A stretch of 64,000 nt of DNA, from the IMG/VR virus record IMGVR_UViG_3300042554_001750; one strand, given 5' to 3'. Source of the DNA: a virus (Duplodnaviria; Caudoviricetes). The translations under genes and the position numbers were made by a program. Numbering within the stretch: position 1 is the stretch's first letter; every line of letters starts with the position of its first letter. Below, one piece after another: positions 36,464-48,400 of this stretch. The notes beneath the pieces were generated by a model, which had not been told where the DNA came from, made no database searches, and was given only the letters and a program-made list of their open reading frames with translations.

Positions 36464-37414
36464 TTATGAACCGGATACAGTACCAGACACTGTAGGAGAC
36501 CCCCAAGTACTTGAAATATAAGTAGTGCTCGGAGGTCTTATAGTTACAGTTGTAGCTGAACCCGAAGATACTGACAGTCCATTGGGAATTTCATCCCAAA
36601 GAGTGTACAATGTAATTACAGAGCCGGCGTCACCATTTGAACCCTGTGTTCCGTTAGTCGCGGCAATTACTCGTATGAAAGTGCTTAGGTATCCAGATGG
36701 ACCTGTACTTGCTGTTTGCGTAAACAATGTTGTATTGGCCGTAGACAATCCAAAATAACCTGAATTAGTTGATATTGTGGGGGAATTTCCGCCGCCGCCG
36801 ATCTTAGTTACGCCATTGTAACTAGTCCCGGCTATTGTAACAGCACCTGATGTTGGGCTACTTAAAACAATTGTTCCCACATTACTAGCCAAACCGTTAA
36901 ACAATAAATTTATTCCAGTACCCGATGGATGCGAGCAAGTAACTGCTAACTGGCCGCCTGCGTTAAAGAAATATCTAGCAGCATCACCTGAACTAAAAGT
37001 AACAGTATGAGTGAAAGTTATTGCTGAACTCCATGCAGAACCAAATGTTGCAGTATTTGAACTGGTTGAGCCTTGACTAGCTGCATTTAATCTGTTTGTG
37101 TATATTGTAGACAAATTGGTCGGAACAGCACTTAAAAAAGCAATAGTGTTACCAGTTGCCGGAGCTGTAACAGATGTAATTGACGATCCTTGGTGTTGTG
37201 CCGCGCTAGATGTATTGTTAACTAATGATGCCCAATTGGTAGCAGTTACTGTGGTTCCTATTGCTACGTTTGCAACTGCGGATTGTCCATAGCCAGCATT
37301 TGTGCCTCCTGTAGCCCATACTGTATTAAGTTTGTTGGCTGTGGTGACTGGGTTACCACCAACAAGATTGTTGAAGTCTGCGGCTTCAATTAAACCATAT
37401 TGTGCGTAACTCAT
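36464..37414 (-). CDS. putative virion structural/tail protein (Gly/Ser/Thr-rich)
   Basis: ORF track; composition; motif TVTFSSGDAARYFFNAGG; in structural block. Confidence 0.6.
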   Translation of the reverse strand: MSYAQYGLIEAADFNNLVGGNPVTTANKLNTVWATGGTNAGYGQSAVANVAIGTTVTATNWASLVNNTSSAAQHQGSSITSVTAPATGNTIAFLSAVPTNLSTIYTNRLNAASQGSTSSNTATFGSAWSSAITFTHTVTFSSGDAARYFFNAGGQLAVTCSHPSGTGINLLFNGLASNVGTIVLSSPTSGAVTIAGTSYNGVTKIGGGGNSPTISTNSGYFGLSTANTTLFTQTASTGPSGYLSTFIRVIAATNGTQGSNGDAGSVITLYTLWDEIPNGLSVSSGSATTVTIRPPSTTYISSTWGSPTVSGTVSGS

Positions 37415-37423
37415 CTTTTATCC

Positions 37424-38668
37424 TTAATTTATTTTAACAAATGCTTCAACTGTGCCAATGTCATTTGAATTTTTATTTTCTAATGATCGTCCAATTATAT
37501 TAAATGCTGTAGCTTCACCTTGTTCTGCTGCACGGGCCATACCATTACCTGCACTAACTAATCGTTGGCCCTTCTTAACTTTACCGGTTACTTTTACTTT
37601 TACTCTTCCGCCCACGGCGATTGGGGGATGTGTATTATTGTCGCCGGCGCCTGCATTCATCAAATATCCGGCGGTTTCAGATACAACACCAAACACATCA
37701 TCGCTTAATTCGTATTGGACAGCAGTAATTTCTTTTTCGCCACCTAGCTCAACAACGGTTCCGGCATCATAGTAGCGGTCTGCTTCAAATCGTTCTGCCA
37801 AGTCAGCGTATGTTGCATTAAGTCTTGATCCAGATGTTAATGTCCAGTTACCGGTAATGCTACCTGTTGTTGTATTAGCTCCGGTAGAAATTGTTCTACC
37901 ATTAAACACTGAGCTTCCACCTACAACGCCTAAATTACCAGTGTATGTTGGTAAATAAGCTTGAACATTACTGTCGTTATATGTTCCAGCGTATGTAATT
38001 GGGTTACCAGTTAAATCCATGATACAGTTAGCATTTGCAACTTTAATACCTAAAGTCCCTGCACCTGAAATAACTAAATTACCGGTATTCATCCACACTG
38101 TGGTTCCAGCAACACCGTTTGCTGTTCCGGTACCGGTTGCAGTCCAAGTTCCAGTTAACGTACCTGCAGTCGTTGTTCCGCCAGTAGTAATTGCCTGAGT
38201 TCTCAATGTGCCGATATTTGCAGTGGTTATGTTGCCATCAGCAATGTTTGCACTTGCAGAAACGGTTAAGTAGTTAAATGACGCTGCATTGGCATTACTA
38301 TTATTAGTTGCTGTAATATTATTAGCAGTTAAATTGCCAGTTACTGTTACTGCACTAAAGGTTGTTGCACCACCGCTTGATGTTGAGGTCAATGTAGACC
38401 ATGCACTTGCATTAGTTTCACCGTCTGATGGACAAACTTTTAATGCGTTATTGTTAGTATCATACCAAAGTTGACCACGCAGTGGGTTCGCTGGAGGGGT
38501 AGAATCTGCGAAGTTTTCTACCATGTGTGTAAAGTTAGTGTCTAACGATTGACCATAACCAGCATAATTACGACCTGGTAGGCCTAATGGAGTACTTGTA
38601 GTGTTAATAGTACCATCGGGTATTGTTGTTAGAACTGTACCGTCGCTCTTAACAATTGTATATGCCAT
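37424..38668 (-). CDS. putative tail fibre/baseplate protein with C-terminal ADLAE-type domain
   Basis: N-terminal LPGRNYAGYG..L..NF..MVENFA..PP.NP..GQLWYD; GNLTANNI beta-repeats; YADLAERFEAD...GGRVKVKV.G C-terminus. Confidence 0.65.
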   Translation of the reverse strand: MAYTIVKSDGTVLTTIPDGTINTTSTPLGLPGRNYAGYGQSLDTNFTHMVENFADSTPPANPLRGQLWYDTNNNALKVCPSDGETNASAWSTLTSTSSGGATTFSAVTVTGNLTANNITATNNSNANAASFNYLTVSASANIADGNITTANIGTLRTQAITTGGTTTAGTLTGTWTATGTGTANGVAGTTVWMNTGNLVISGAGTLGIKVANANCIMDLTGNPITYAGTYNDSNVQAYLPTYTGNLGVVGGSSVFNGRTISTGANTTTGSITGNWTLTSGSRLNATYADLAERFEADRYYDAGTVVELGGEKEITAVQYELSDDVFGVVSETAGYLMNAGAGDNNTHPPIAVGGRVKVKVTGKVKKGQRLVSAGNGMARAAEQGEATAFNIIGRSLENKNSNDIGTVEAFVKIN

Positions 38669-38687
38669 GTTTTAATGCTCCGCTATA

Positions 38688-38694
38688 TATTTAT
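38688..38694 (-). promoter_or_regulatory. late promoter variant ATAAATA
   Basis: GATAAATAT 20 nt upstream of the ATG at 38668; GGAG RBS. Confidence 0.45.
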
Positions 38695-38698
38695 CTAT

Positions 38699-39319
38699 TT
38701 AAATCGTTACCAGGTTAGTCAAGCTTTGAATTCTAACTGTGTAATCTATTTGAATTTGTCTGTTTAAAGACTTCTGAACCGGGTGAAAAATCACATGGGT
38801 CAAAAGTCTGGTAATTACATTACCTTCGTTGTCTGTACCGTAATTTGCCAAAAGTCCCAATTCATCAAAAATGAAGCTAGAATCAGTTTGGGTGCTGTTG
38901 TCAAATGCAGCTTGGCCTGCAGGCTCACCATAATCAAGTAAACACTGAACTAAGATATCTGTGTAAACCTTACCAGTAGTGTGAGAAACTGTCATCTTGT
39001 TTCTTGTTGGATCTAGGTTGAAAACGCTGGTATCGTCAACAATTTTAGCGTAGGTTTGATTATAAAGAGCAGCATTTTGCCCCGTTGTATTTGGGGGTAG
39101 GTATGTGATAACACCTGTTTCGTCTACGCTTGCGCCACCGTTTCCAAAAGCCATTTGATAGATTTCACCGTAACCACGACTACTTAGTGTGTCAGCAATC
39201 GCTTCTGACATATTTTCATAGTTGATGGCATTCTTTTTATCTACAAAGATTTCCCCATTATTGGGGTCATAGATTTTTAGAAAACCTTCTATTTTATATG
39301 ATAAAGTAATGACTGACAT
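38699..39319 (-). CDS. putative virion structural protein (206 aa)
   Basis: ORF track; FDELGL...LLTHVIFHPVQKSLNR motif; in structural block. Confidence 0.65.
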   Translation of the reverse strand: MSVITLSYKIEGFLKIYDPNNGEIFVDKKNAINYENMSEAIADTLSSRGYGEIYQMAFGNGGASVDETGVITYLPPNTTGQNAALYNQTYAKIVDDTSVFNLDPTRNKMTVSHTTGKVYTDILVQCLLDYGEPAGQAAFDNSTQTDSSFIFDELGLLANYGTDNEGNVITRLLTHVIFHPVQKSLNRQIQIDYTVRIQSLTNLVTI

Positions 39320-39471
39320 TAGTTATCGCCTCTTTTTTGAACTAAAACTTGCTTTGTATTGGGATCAAATATTTTGATGTGTGAGGAAAAATAAAACCCA
39401 CCAACTTCGTTGGGTTTCTTTTCAGCAATTTTTTCAGGTTTCTGCTGTGAATTTGGGATAATTTTACTCAT
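39319..39471 (-). CDS. small hypothetical protein (50 aa), not in ORF track
   Basis: MSKIIPNSQQKPEKIAEKKPNEVGGFYFSSHIKIFDPNTKQVLVQKRGDN*; TAATG overlap with next start; ATAAATAAATA directly upstream. Confidence 0.65.
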   Translation of the reverse strand: MSKIIPNSQQKPEKIAEKKPNEVGGFYFSSHIKIFDPNTKQVLVQKRGDN

Positions 39472-39473
39472 AA

Positions 39474-39484
39474 TATTTATTTAT
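39474..39484 (-). promoter_or_regulatory. tandem late promoter variant ATAAATAAATA
   Basis: Directly upstream of the ATG at 39471. Confidence 0.45.
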
Positions 39485-39487
39485 CAT

Positions 39488-42400
39488 TCAAGTTTGGTCT
39501 TGGTTTAAGAAAATTGCACTTGCAGTTGTGCTTATCTGTAATGGATCGCCCAATGTTGTATTAAAGGTATAACTATTCCAAGTCTGGTTATACTGTATGT
39601 TTGTCATACGGTTATTAGACAAATAGCTGTATACCTCAGAGTATTTAGGAATAATTACCTGTTCTCCGGTACCATTAGCACCGCGTTGCAAGTTATATAA
39701 CGCATTTAACGCTATTACTGTCCCTGATCCAGGAATAATGGTATTGTTATTGGTCGCAGTAAATGTGACCCCAACAGTATTTGAGCTAGCCCCATATAGT
39801 GTAAAATCGGTAGATCCTACTGTTTCTATTGTATATTTTTGACCATATACAATTTCACCTGCAGTGATCACCGGATTAACAGTTCTAAATCTAATTTGCT
39901 CACCATTGATAGATACCAAATTACCTTCTAGAACCACAATCGTTAAACTATCCCCTGCGGTTATGTAATTTCCCTGATTAATTCTCAATATCGGAGACAA
40001 TTCTTCAACGACAATTTCATAATTTGAGCTTCCAATGAGTTGTGATGTTGTATTATTGTAGACTGAAATTCCTGTAATAATTCTCTTATCTGCGGTCAAT
40101 CCAATATCATAAACACCATTCAATAATGAAGGAGTTGTAACATTTTGAATTACATTATCGGTCAAATGAACAATATCGTTTACATATATAATGTTATCTG
40201 TATTGTAAAGATCCTGTGTCATCCAAGTTCTAGATAATGAGTTAGCACGATACACAGTTGCTTCATTTACTGAATTTACAGTCAATACATAAACTTCTTC
40301 GTTCGGTGTTGCGCTTGGCATCATACTTGTAATAATCACAACATCGGTAGTAATTATTGTTTCTAAGATGCTAATCTGATTACCAGCATTGATGCGCAAG
40401 CTTGATGACGGTACTCTGTAGCCGTTGACAGTTACCCAAAGTCTATCTACATTTACTTGTTCCCATTGAGAAATAGTAATAGTGTTAGGTGCTGCAGTAC
40501 CACTTGTTAAAGTCTTAACTGTACCATCATATGTTTCACTTATAGTGATATTGTTACTTGCTCTGGTCTTAATATAATAAACAGTTCCTGTAACCAAACC
40601 ACCAATGATAGTTGTACCAAGTGGATCACCAATCTGAGTAAATACTATTGGTGTTCCTGCAACTAAACTAGAACCATCGGCTACAGTAATTATATTTCCA
40701 GTTGAACTGGTCGATGTTACTGTGCTAGTCTGCAATGTAAATGTGTCAGAAACCCATACATATCCAGCACCAGTGTAAGCAGTAATCTGAGTTATTGGGC
40801 TGTTGACAGCATTAAATGCAGGATCGTATTCAGTTTGATAAATCCAGAATGATGTATCATTAATAACCTGAACATAATATAGATTGTTGTTTAACTGCGT
40901 AGAACCAGTCGTGCCGTCAATTCTAACTATATCGTTTGTAACAAAGTTATGATTTATTCCTGTTGTTATTCTTACTGCAGGATTTCCACCAACAATTACA
41001 TTCATCGTACCTACAGCGTCTGATACCGGGACTAGTGTTCCAGTACTGTCTTTAATAGTAAATTCGGTTAGACTATCAACACTTCTTACAAAATATACAG
41101 TACCATCTGTTAATACTCCACCAAAGCTAGTACCTTGGAATATTACTATATCATTAACAGTGAAATTAGTTGTACTAATCACAGTTATATAATCTGTCGC
41201 CGAAGTTGTTGCTGTTGCTTGAGTAGATGCAGAAGGTGAAGAAATATTATTGTTAATAGAAACAATATTTGCTACAGTTTCACCAGTAATACCGAATTGA
41301 CTATTCAAATACTGTCTACTTGTATCATTAAAAGTAGTGACAGCAATGTTATCATTTAAAGAAGGAATAGTAGTAAAGGTAATTGTCTCGGCACTAGAGT
41401 TGATAGTGTAGTCCGTATTATCAAGACGCAATCCATTTATTTCCACTACTGCATTTGCTGCATTGTTCAAGTCAACAAAGTTGGTTAAGTTAAATGTACT
41501 TGTAACTCCATCACCAACAAACATTTGAAGTTCAGGTATAGAATATCCATATTGTTGAGGGTTAGTTTCTCCAAACAATGTATAACTTAAGAAGTCAATA
41601 CCATTTACATATGGGGCGCTAAAAATAATCTTAGCTTGAATTCCGTTTGGCTGTAATCCAAACGCATAATCACGGGTTATTAGTTGAGCACCACCAGTAT
41701 CTGTTGTTAGAGCAATAGCAGGACCACCTTGAGTTAAACTAATTGTAAACTCATTGTTGTCTACAATAGATTCAATATAGTAAGTTGTTAAGGGTTGAAT
41801 TACTCCACCAAAAATTGTATTACTGAATACAATCTTATCTCCAACTACCATAGCACTTGTTGTGTTGCAAGTAACTGTATTGGTTGCCCCGTTAGTTTTT
41901 GTAACAGTCCCTGTTGTTCCATGTACTAACTTTGTACCATTATGATAGATTAAAGGATCTGTCCAAGTAACACCTGATCCAACCTGTATAATAGCATACA
42001 TGGACCCTGTGTCATCTGTTACGGCAAATGTTGGTCCGGCTACGCCAGTAGATAAGTCAATACTAGTAGAAACTGTAATGCTTGAACTTGCCAAACTTAT
42101 TGTTTTTACATAATAATTTGTATCCTCTAATAGTCCACCAAAAGTAATACCTTGGAATCTAATTGGATCGTTCAAGTTAAATTCTCGTACACTTTCGCAT
42201 ACAATAGAATTTGATAGACTTATTGTTTCAGTAGCTTGAACCGAAACTGGATTAGTATTGGGTTGAATTACCCCACTGCCATTAAAAGAAGGTGCAGAGT
42301 AATTACAATTTACAAATATCTCATTAAATCCAGTAGTTTCATTGTATCTGATAGGATCAGTCTGTGTATCAGCCTTTACTAACTGATTACCGTTGCCTGT

Positions 42401-45400
42401 TTCGTATATATCTACACGCAATGAATCTGTAATTGGACTGAATGGGAGTGCGTTGTTCAGAGTAATGATAGAATCAATCCAATTAACGGTATAATCAATA
42501 GTTTCATATAAGCGGGTAGACAATCCTGTTACTCCACTAGTTTGATATACACTTATTTGTGCGGGTGTTTGAGCAACATTATGGAATACATATTCAGTTT
42601 GAAGTTCAAATGAAGGAGTCAATTCTAACGATATTACATTAAATCCAACATGTTGATATTCTGTTGCTTCCCAAGTTGTGCCGGGCCGGGTAGCAACAGT
42701 CATCATTAATGTGTCCGTAACTACACCAGGTACTAGTTCTTCTGGTCCATAACCATCAGTAAATTCACCACCTTGAATATCGTAAGTTGATTCCAACTGA
42801 ATAATGATGGCATCGTCTACCCAAGTTACGCCGCCGTCATAACTAATTAGTGCTGTATTGTTTTCACCAACAACTAATATTCTTCCATTGGTTTCATCAA
42901 CTGCAATACCTTTTAAATTGTTAGTTGTATTAGAAACTTGAGTTGTCCATGTGGCAAAGTCAGTACTTGTTACGATAGTACCATTATTTCCAACTGCTAT
43001 TAAAGTTTCAAAAGTGGCTGTTCCAGTTCCCGATCCTGTGCCCAAAGCCACAAAGATTGTACCCGGGTTATTATTTGCAGCACCAAGTGAAATAAAGTCT
43101 GTAGTACCTGCGGTTTCAATAATATAAACTTGTCCAATGATAAAGTTACCAGCAGTAATAATAGAAGAAACAAATTTAACATCATTAAGTGTTTCTTCAT
43201 CTGCTACTGTAACTGTAGTCAAGAATACAGGAGATGCGGTAGTTAATGCTACAGTAGGTATTAATGATGAGGCAGAACTTAAAACAATTGTATTATCGCC
43301 CGTGTCAACTGACTTGACCCAATAATTTGTGCCAGTAGTTATACCACCAAAGCTAGAGCCGGTGAATTTTACTTTTTGTCCCACTGTAAATGTAGTTCCT
43401 GGAACAATTTGAACTTTGTTTGTAGTTCCATAAGAGTTTAAAACTACTGCTTCATTTAAACCATTCCAATTATTGCCATCAAATGATTTATAAATTATAC
43501 CATCTTCACCTACTGCAATAATGTTTCCAACACCAGTACTTGTGAAAGTGCCACTGGTAACTGCTCTTAATCCTTTATAATTTATAGGGTTAAACTGTGT
43601 CCAGTTAGAACCATTTAATGCAGCAATAAAAGTGCCTCTTGGATATATATTTCCGCCTATTTGTTGTTCTCCGGATCCTACTGCTATTAGTCCGTTGAAG
43701 CCTGAATTTATATTGACCCCTGTTAAACCATAAACAGTATAACTTAATGAGGGTAAATAATAAGGATTAATTGCTGACCAATTATTTGTATCCGAGCTAA
43801 TTAATATTGCGTTTGTACCGCCAGCTGCATAATAATTTTGACTGCCAGTATTATATACACCGATACTATTAATATTATAGTTTCCTGCAGTACCTTTTAC
43901 AGTCCAAATTTCTCCATCTGTGCTCTTAAATATTGGAGTTGCATAATTTGTAGATGTTACTAAATACTCGCCATCGTGATATAAACTATCTGTAAGATTT
44001 ACATTACTTCCAGCTAACTTAGTAGATATCCAACTATTTGCTTCTGTCGCAATTGCAGAGTAATCAGCGGTATTGAAAGTTACATAGAATTTATCTAAGC
44101 CATATACTGCACTGGTTGAATCTACATCAGTTTGTGTAAAACTGGTTGAAGGTAGTATAACATCTAATGAATATTGATCGTCCGGCGCAAACGCATTACC
44201 CAAATATGTACTGTTTGGGTAAGTAATACCAGTAACTAGCTGAGTTAAATCTAAGCCCGGCATGTTAACAGTAGGTTGATAGTAACCCATAATTCTGTCA
44301 AGCGCATTCAATCTACGGTCACCTGAGTCTAGTAGTTCCCATTTTCCTAAAACAAATTCAGTGTCATTGTTACTTACAACACAAACATATACTTGATTGT
44401 TGAACTTAACAATACTTTGATTGAAGTAGAAGGGTTCCGGAAGTAATGCATAATCTCCTGATTTAGCAACAGTCATGGATCCTGTTGCATCAGCAGAAAC
44501 ATTAAATGTAGTGCCTCCTGGGATCTCTGATACTGTAATTGTAGTAGATGTTGGCTTTGACTTGATATAATAAGTCTGCCCTAAAGTTACTCCACCAAAT
44601 ACAGTGCCGGTAAATACTACAGGGTCATTCAAGTCAAAATCACTAGAACTGGTTACAGTAAATCTATCAGTTGACGCTGTACATGCAGTAACCCCAGTAG
44701 AAGTTATACCATTGTATCCAAATCCTATGCCACTAACTGGAATAGTCATCAATGAGTTAGAGTAAACTTCTAATTCATTTTCACTAATTACCTTTAAGTA
44801 GTAGTCTGATGATGTTGCTGGAATTGTTCCATTTACAATAAATGATGTGACTTCTCCGTTTGCATCAATGCTATTTACAATTAAGTTTACATCATTAGCA
44901 GGAGTTGTTCCACCAAAGTTTGTACCGGGTATGTTGATAGTATTTTCTAATGCATAACCTTCGCCCGCATTGATGATAGTAACTTTATATCCACCTAATA
45001 TCCAGCTTATGTCATAAGTAGCTGAAGTGGTTATTTCTTGTGTCAATGTTACTGTTGCTGTTGCTGTTGCACTAGATAATGATACTTCGGCACCACCAGC
45101 TGAGGTACTTACTGTAATGTATGGTTCTCCAGTACCGGTCATTGAGCCATTCTGAGTAGTCAATGTTACTACAACGCCGCCAGGAAAATCAGTAATTTTG
45201 AAGTGCGTGCTATCTATGATAGATTCAACATAATAAGTTTGATCTATCTGTATTCCACCTAATCCAAATCCAGAGAATGTGATAGGCATATCTACATACA
45301 AGGATTCGGTAGTGTCACATGTTATTTCATTTGTAGATGAACTAGTGCTTGTAGCTGCGATTGATATTACACCAGTGTCTAAAACATAGTATGTTGTACC

Positions 45401-48400
45401 GGTGGTTAATCCGCCTATGTTTGTGTCTATTGTAAATGGCATGTTTACATAAACATTAGTTAATCCGCCGCTACTAGTAGATAACGCTACTCTATTAACA
45501 GTAGTAATAGTCGCACTAATACTTCTTTCAATTAAGTCGTTAGTTGTCTCGCCGGTAAATGGTCCTGAGAATATACCACTAGTTGGGTAAAGAGTGAACT
45601 TTTGACCATTGATTTGCCCTGGACTTACTGGTAGATTGACATTTATTGTCATGTTACCGGTTAAAGTTTCAGTAATTTGTAACACATCTACTTGACTAGT
45701 CAATGTCGCACTTGATGAAGCAGACGCTGTACTTAGTGACAAGATTGCCCCATTAACTTGTGTAGAGATTTGTATTTGATCTAAACCCAATACAGTAGCA
45801 ACATAGTATACAGTACCTGCAACAATGCCACCGACCGATTCGTTGAAAATTATTGGATTGTTAACCTGTAGTTTTGTTGTTTCTTCAGCTAATAAAACAA
45901 TATTTGGACTTTGAGTTCCCTGTACTGATACAATTAACGGGTCAGGATTTCTTGAAACAGTAAATGTTTGTTTGTCACATACCGAAGTAATGTAATATAC
46001 ATCATTTTCTATTACGCCACTGAACACATCACCGGTAAAGAATACTGGTAAACCAGTATAGAATCCTATTGTTCCGCCTGTGCCCAATAATGACAATGGT
46101 GCAGTAATAGTATTGGTTGTTTTATTTGTTGCTGTGCAACTGTAAATTCCGGGATAGTTGATAGTTAAGACAGCAGTATTAACTACTTCTCCTACAAAAC
46201 AATTTAATCCGGCAGCAGAGATAGTTTGATTTCCTAAAGTGTTGTTAATCTTAAACTCTGTAGAACTTACAATTTCTGTAACATAATAAACTTCACCATA
46301 AACTATATTGCTAGCTCCGACTGCCCCGATAAATTTAACAGGCATTCCAATATAGAAACCAATTGTAGTACCTGAGGCGGTATCGCCGATTCCGCCACCT
46401 AGAGGCGCTAAGTCAATAATGTCAGTTCCAGCATGAGTAGCTACAACATTTCTAGCGAGGCTTGAGAATGTAACTTGTTGGTCATTTGTTACGTTTACAA
46501 TTTCAAATGCTACACCTTGCCCGCTAGCTAAAATGCTTTCAATTGGTGGTTGAGTGCTTTGCAATAGTATAGAAGAACTTGAAACAGATTCACTATTATT
46601 ATACTGACCTGCGTAGTATGCACCATAGAAATTGCCAGCTTGCCAATCTATAATCTGCGAATCGTAAGTTGTTCTATCAAACCTCAATGTGATATTATTT
46701 TCACGAACTGGTGAGCTTGTGCCAATAGTATATGCTCTTGCACCTAAGTTTAGATTTTGGTTATTACCTGTTCCAATACCATGTAGAGGTACTCGGTCAT
46801 GATCATTAATAGCATTAGCATAGTTGTTATAAAATGCTATAATAACAGTTGGGTTATTTTCTAAAACATTAACATAATACCATTGGTTGTTGACTAATCC
46901 CGGTATGCGGGTGCTATCAGCTCCGACTACATACTGAACCAGATCTCCTGTTTGTAGTAGAGGTGCATATAATCTAACTGAATCAGTGCTTATGATAACA
47001 TCATCACTAGAGAATGTAATTACAGTTGCAGGCTCAATAATTATTTGAGGGGTTGCTGCATAACCACTGCCTGAATTAATTACATCAATTCTAAGCACTG
47101 AGTCCAATGCCATAACTGCTTGCAATTGCGCAGGAATTACTGGGCCGCTGTACTGAGTAAATAGTACCTCTGTTGTTAATTCTTGCGCTACATTTATTTG
47201 GTATGTGTTAGTTGTTAATTGTGAAACAATTATAGTTTGAGGTATTATGCCTGGTGCGTCTAAGTAATCACCTACATTTACTTGTCCATTGACAATGGTT
47301 GTAATTGTTAATGTGCTTCCTGTTATAGATCCATAATATTCGGCAGTTTTAGTAATCTGCGGATCAACATAAGCTGTAATTTTTGGCGGATTCACATATC
47401 CTCGTCCTGCATCAACTACCACTACAGGAGGCAAATCCATAAATATTTCTTCACCGGGCAAATGTGCAGTAACAGTAGTTTCATTAACGCCGCGTGTTAG
47501 TCCAAGTAAGCTTCCTGTTGCAGAGTCAACACTAGAATAACCGATTTCTTCATTTCCAATTTTTATAACACCATTAATAGGGAAACCATATGCATTGTTC
47601 ACAGTTAAAGAAGTTGAATTCAATGTAACATAGGAAGTTAAACGGGACATTGGATAATTTAATTGTCCAAACAATTGTGTTGAATCACCTTGTTGAACAG
47701 CTTGACCAATTTTAACGCCATAGTTTTGTTTCCATTGCGTATAGTTCGGATTGCTCCAAATACTATTATCAGGAGTAAACTGGTTATCAGTATTTGGATT
47801 TATATACACTAATTCAGGTGTAATAAATTCTCGGCTTGTTGAACTATATTGAGCTGGTAAATCAAAGTCAGTTACATCACCCTCAAATGTGTCAGATCCA
47901 GTATATTCAAATAAGAATTCTTTAATTACCACATGATATGGTTTAACTTCATTTAAGTAGCCTGACAAGAAATCTTGATTGTCACTTTGGAATACTTCAA
48001 TAGGTCTTAATTCACGAATCTTATGTGCAACATCAACAAATGATGTTTTATTCAACCAAGGTAAATAATTTTGATTTTCTATAGTTTCACTTTGAATGTA
48101 TTCAAACAACAGTATTAATGACCTATTTCTATAAATTAATAGTTCATTAGTGTAGATTTGCTCATTCAACGCACGAATAATAAAGCGTGTTTCTTCACTT
48201 GGATACTCATCATAAGGGGTCGTGTCATAGAAATTATCACCAAAACCCAATCTAGCAGATGCATAATCCCATAATGCAGAATTAAATTTAATAGTACCAT
48301 TCTGCAAACCAATTCTTGTCCAACCGGTTACATCTTTGATGTATGTTTCGCTGAAACCACGTGAATTCTGTTTTACAGTAACGATGGTGCCGTTAGGTAC

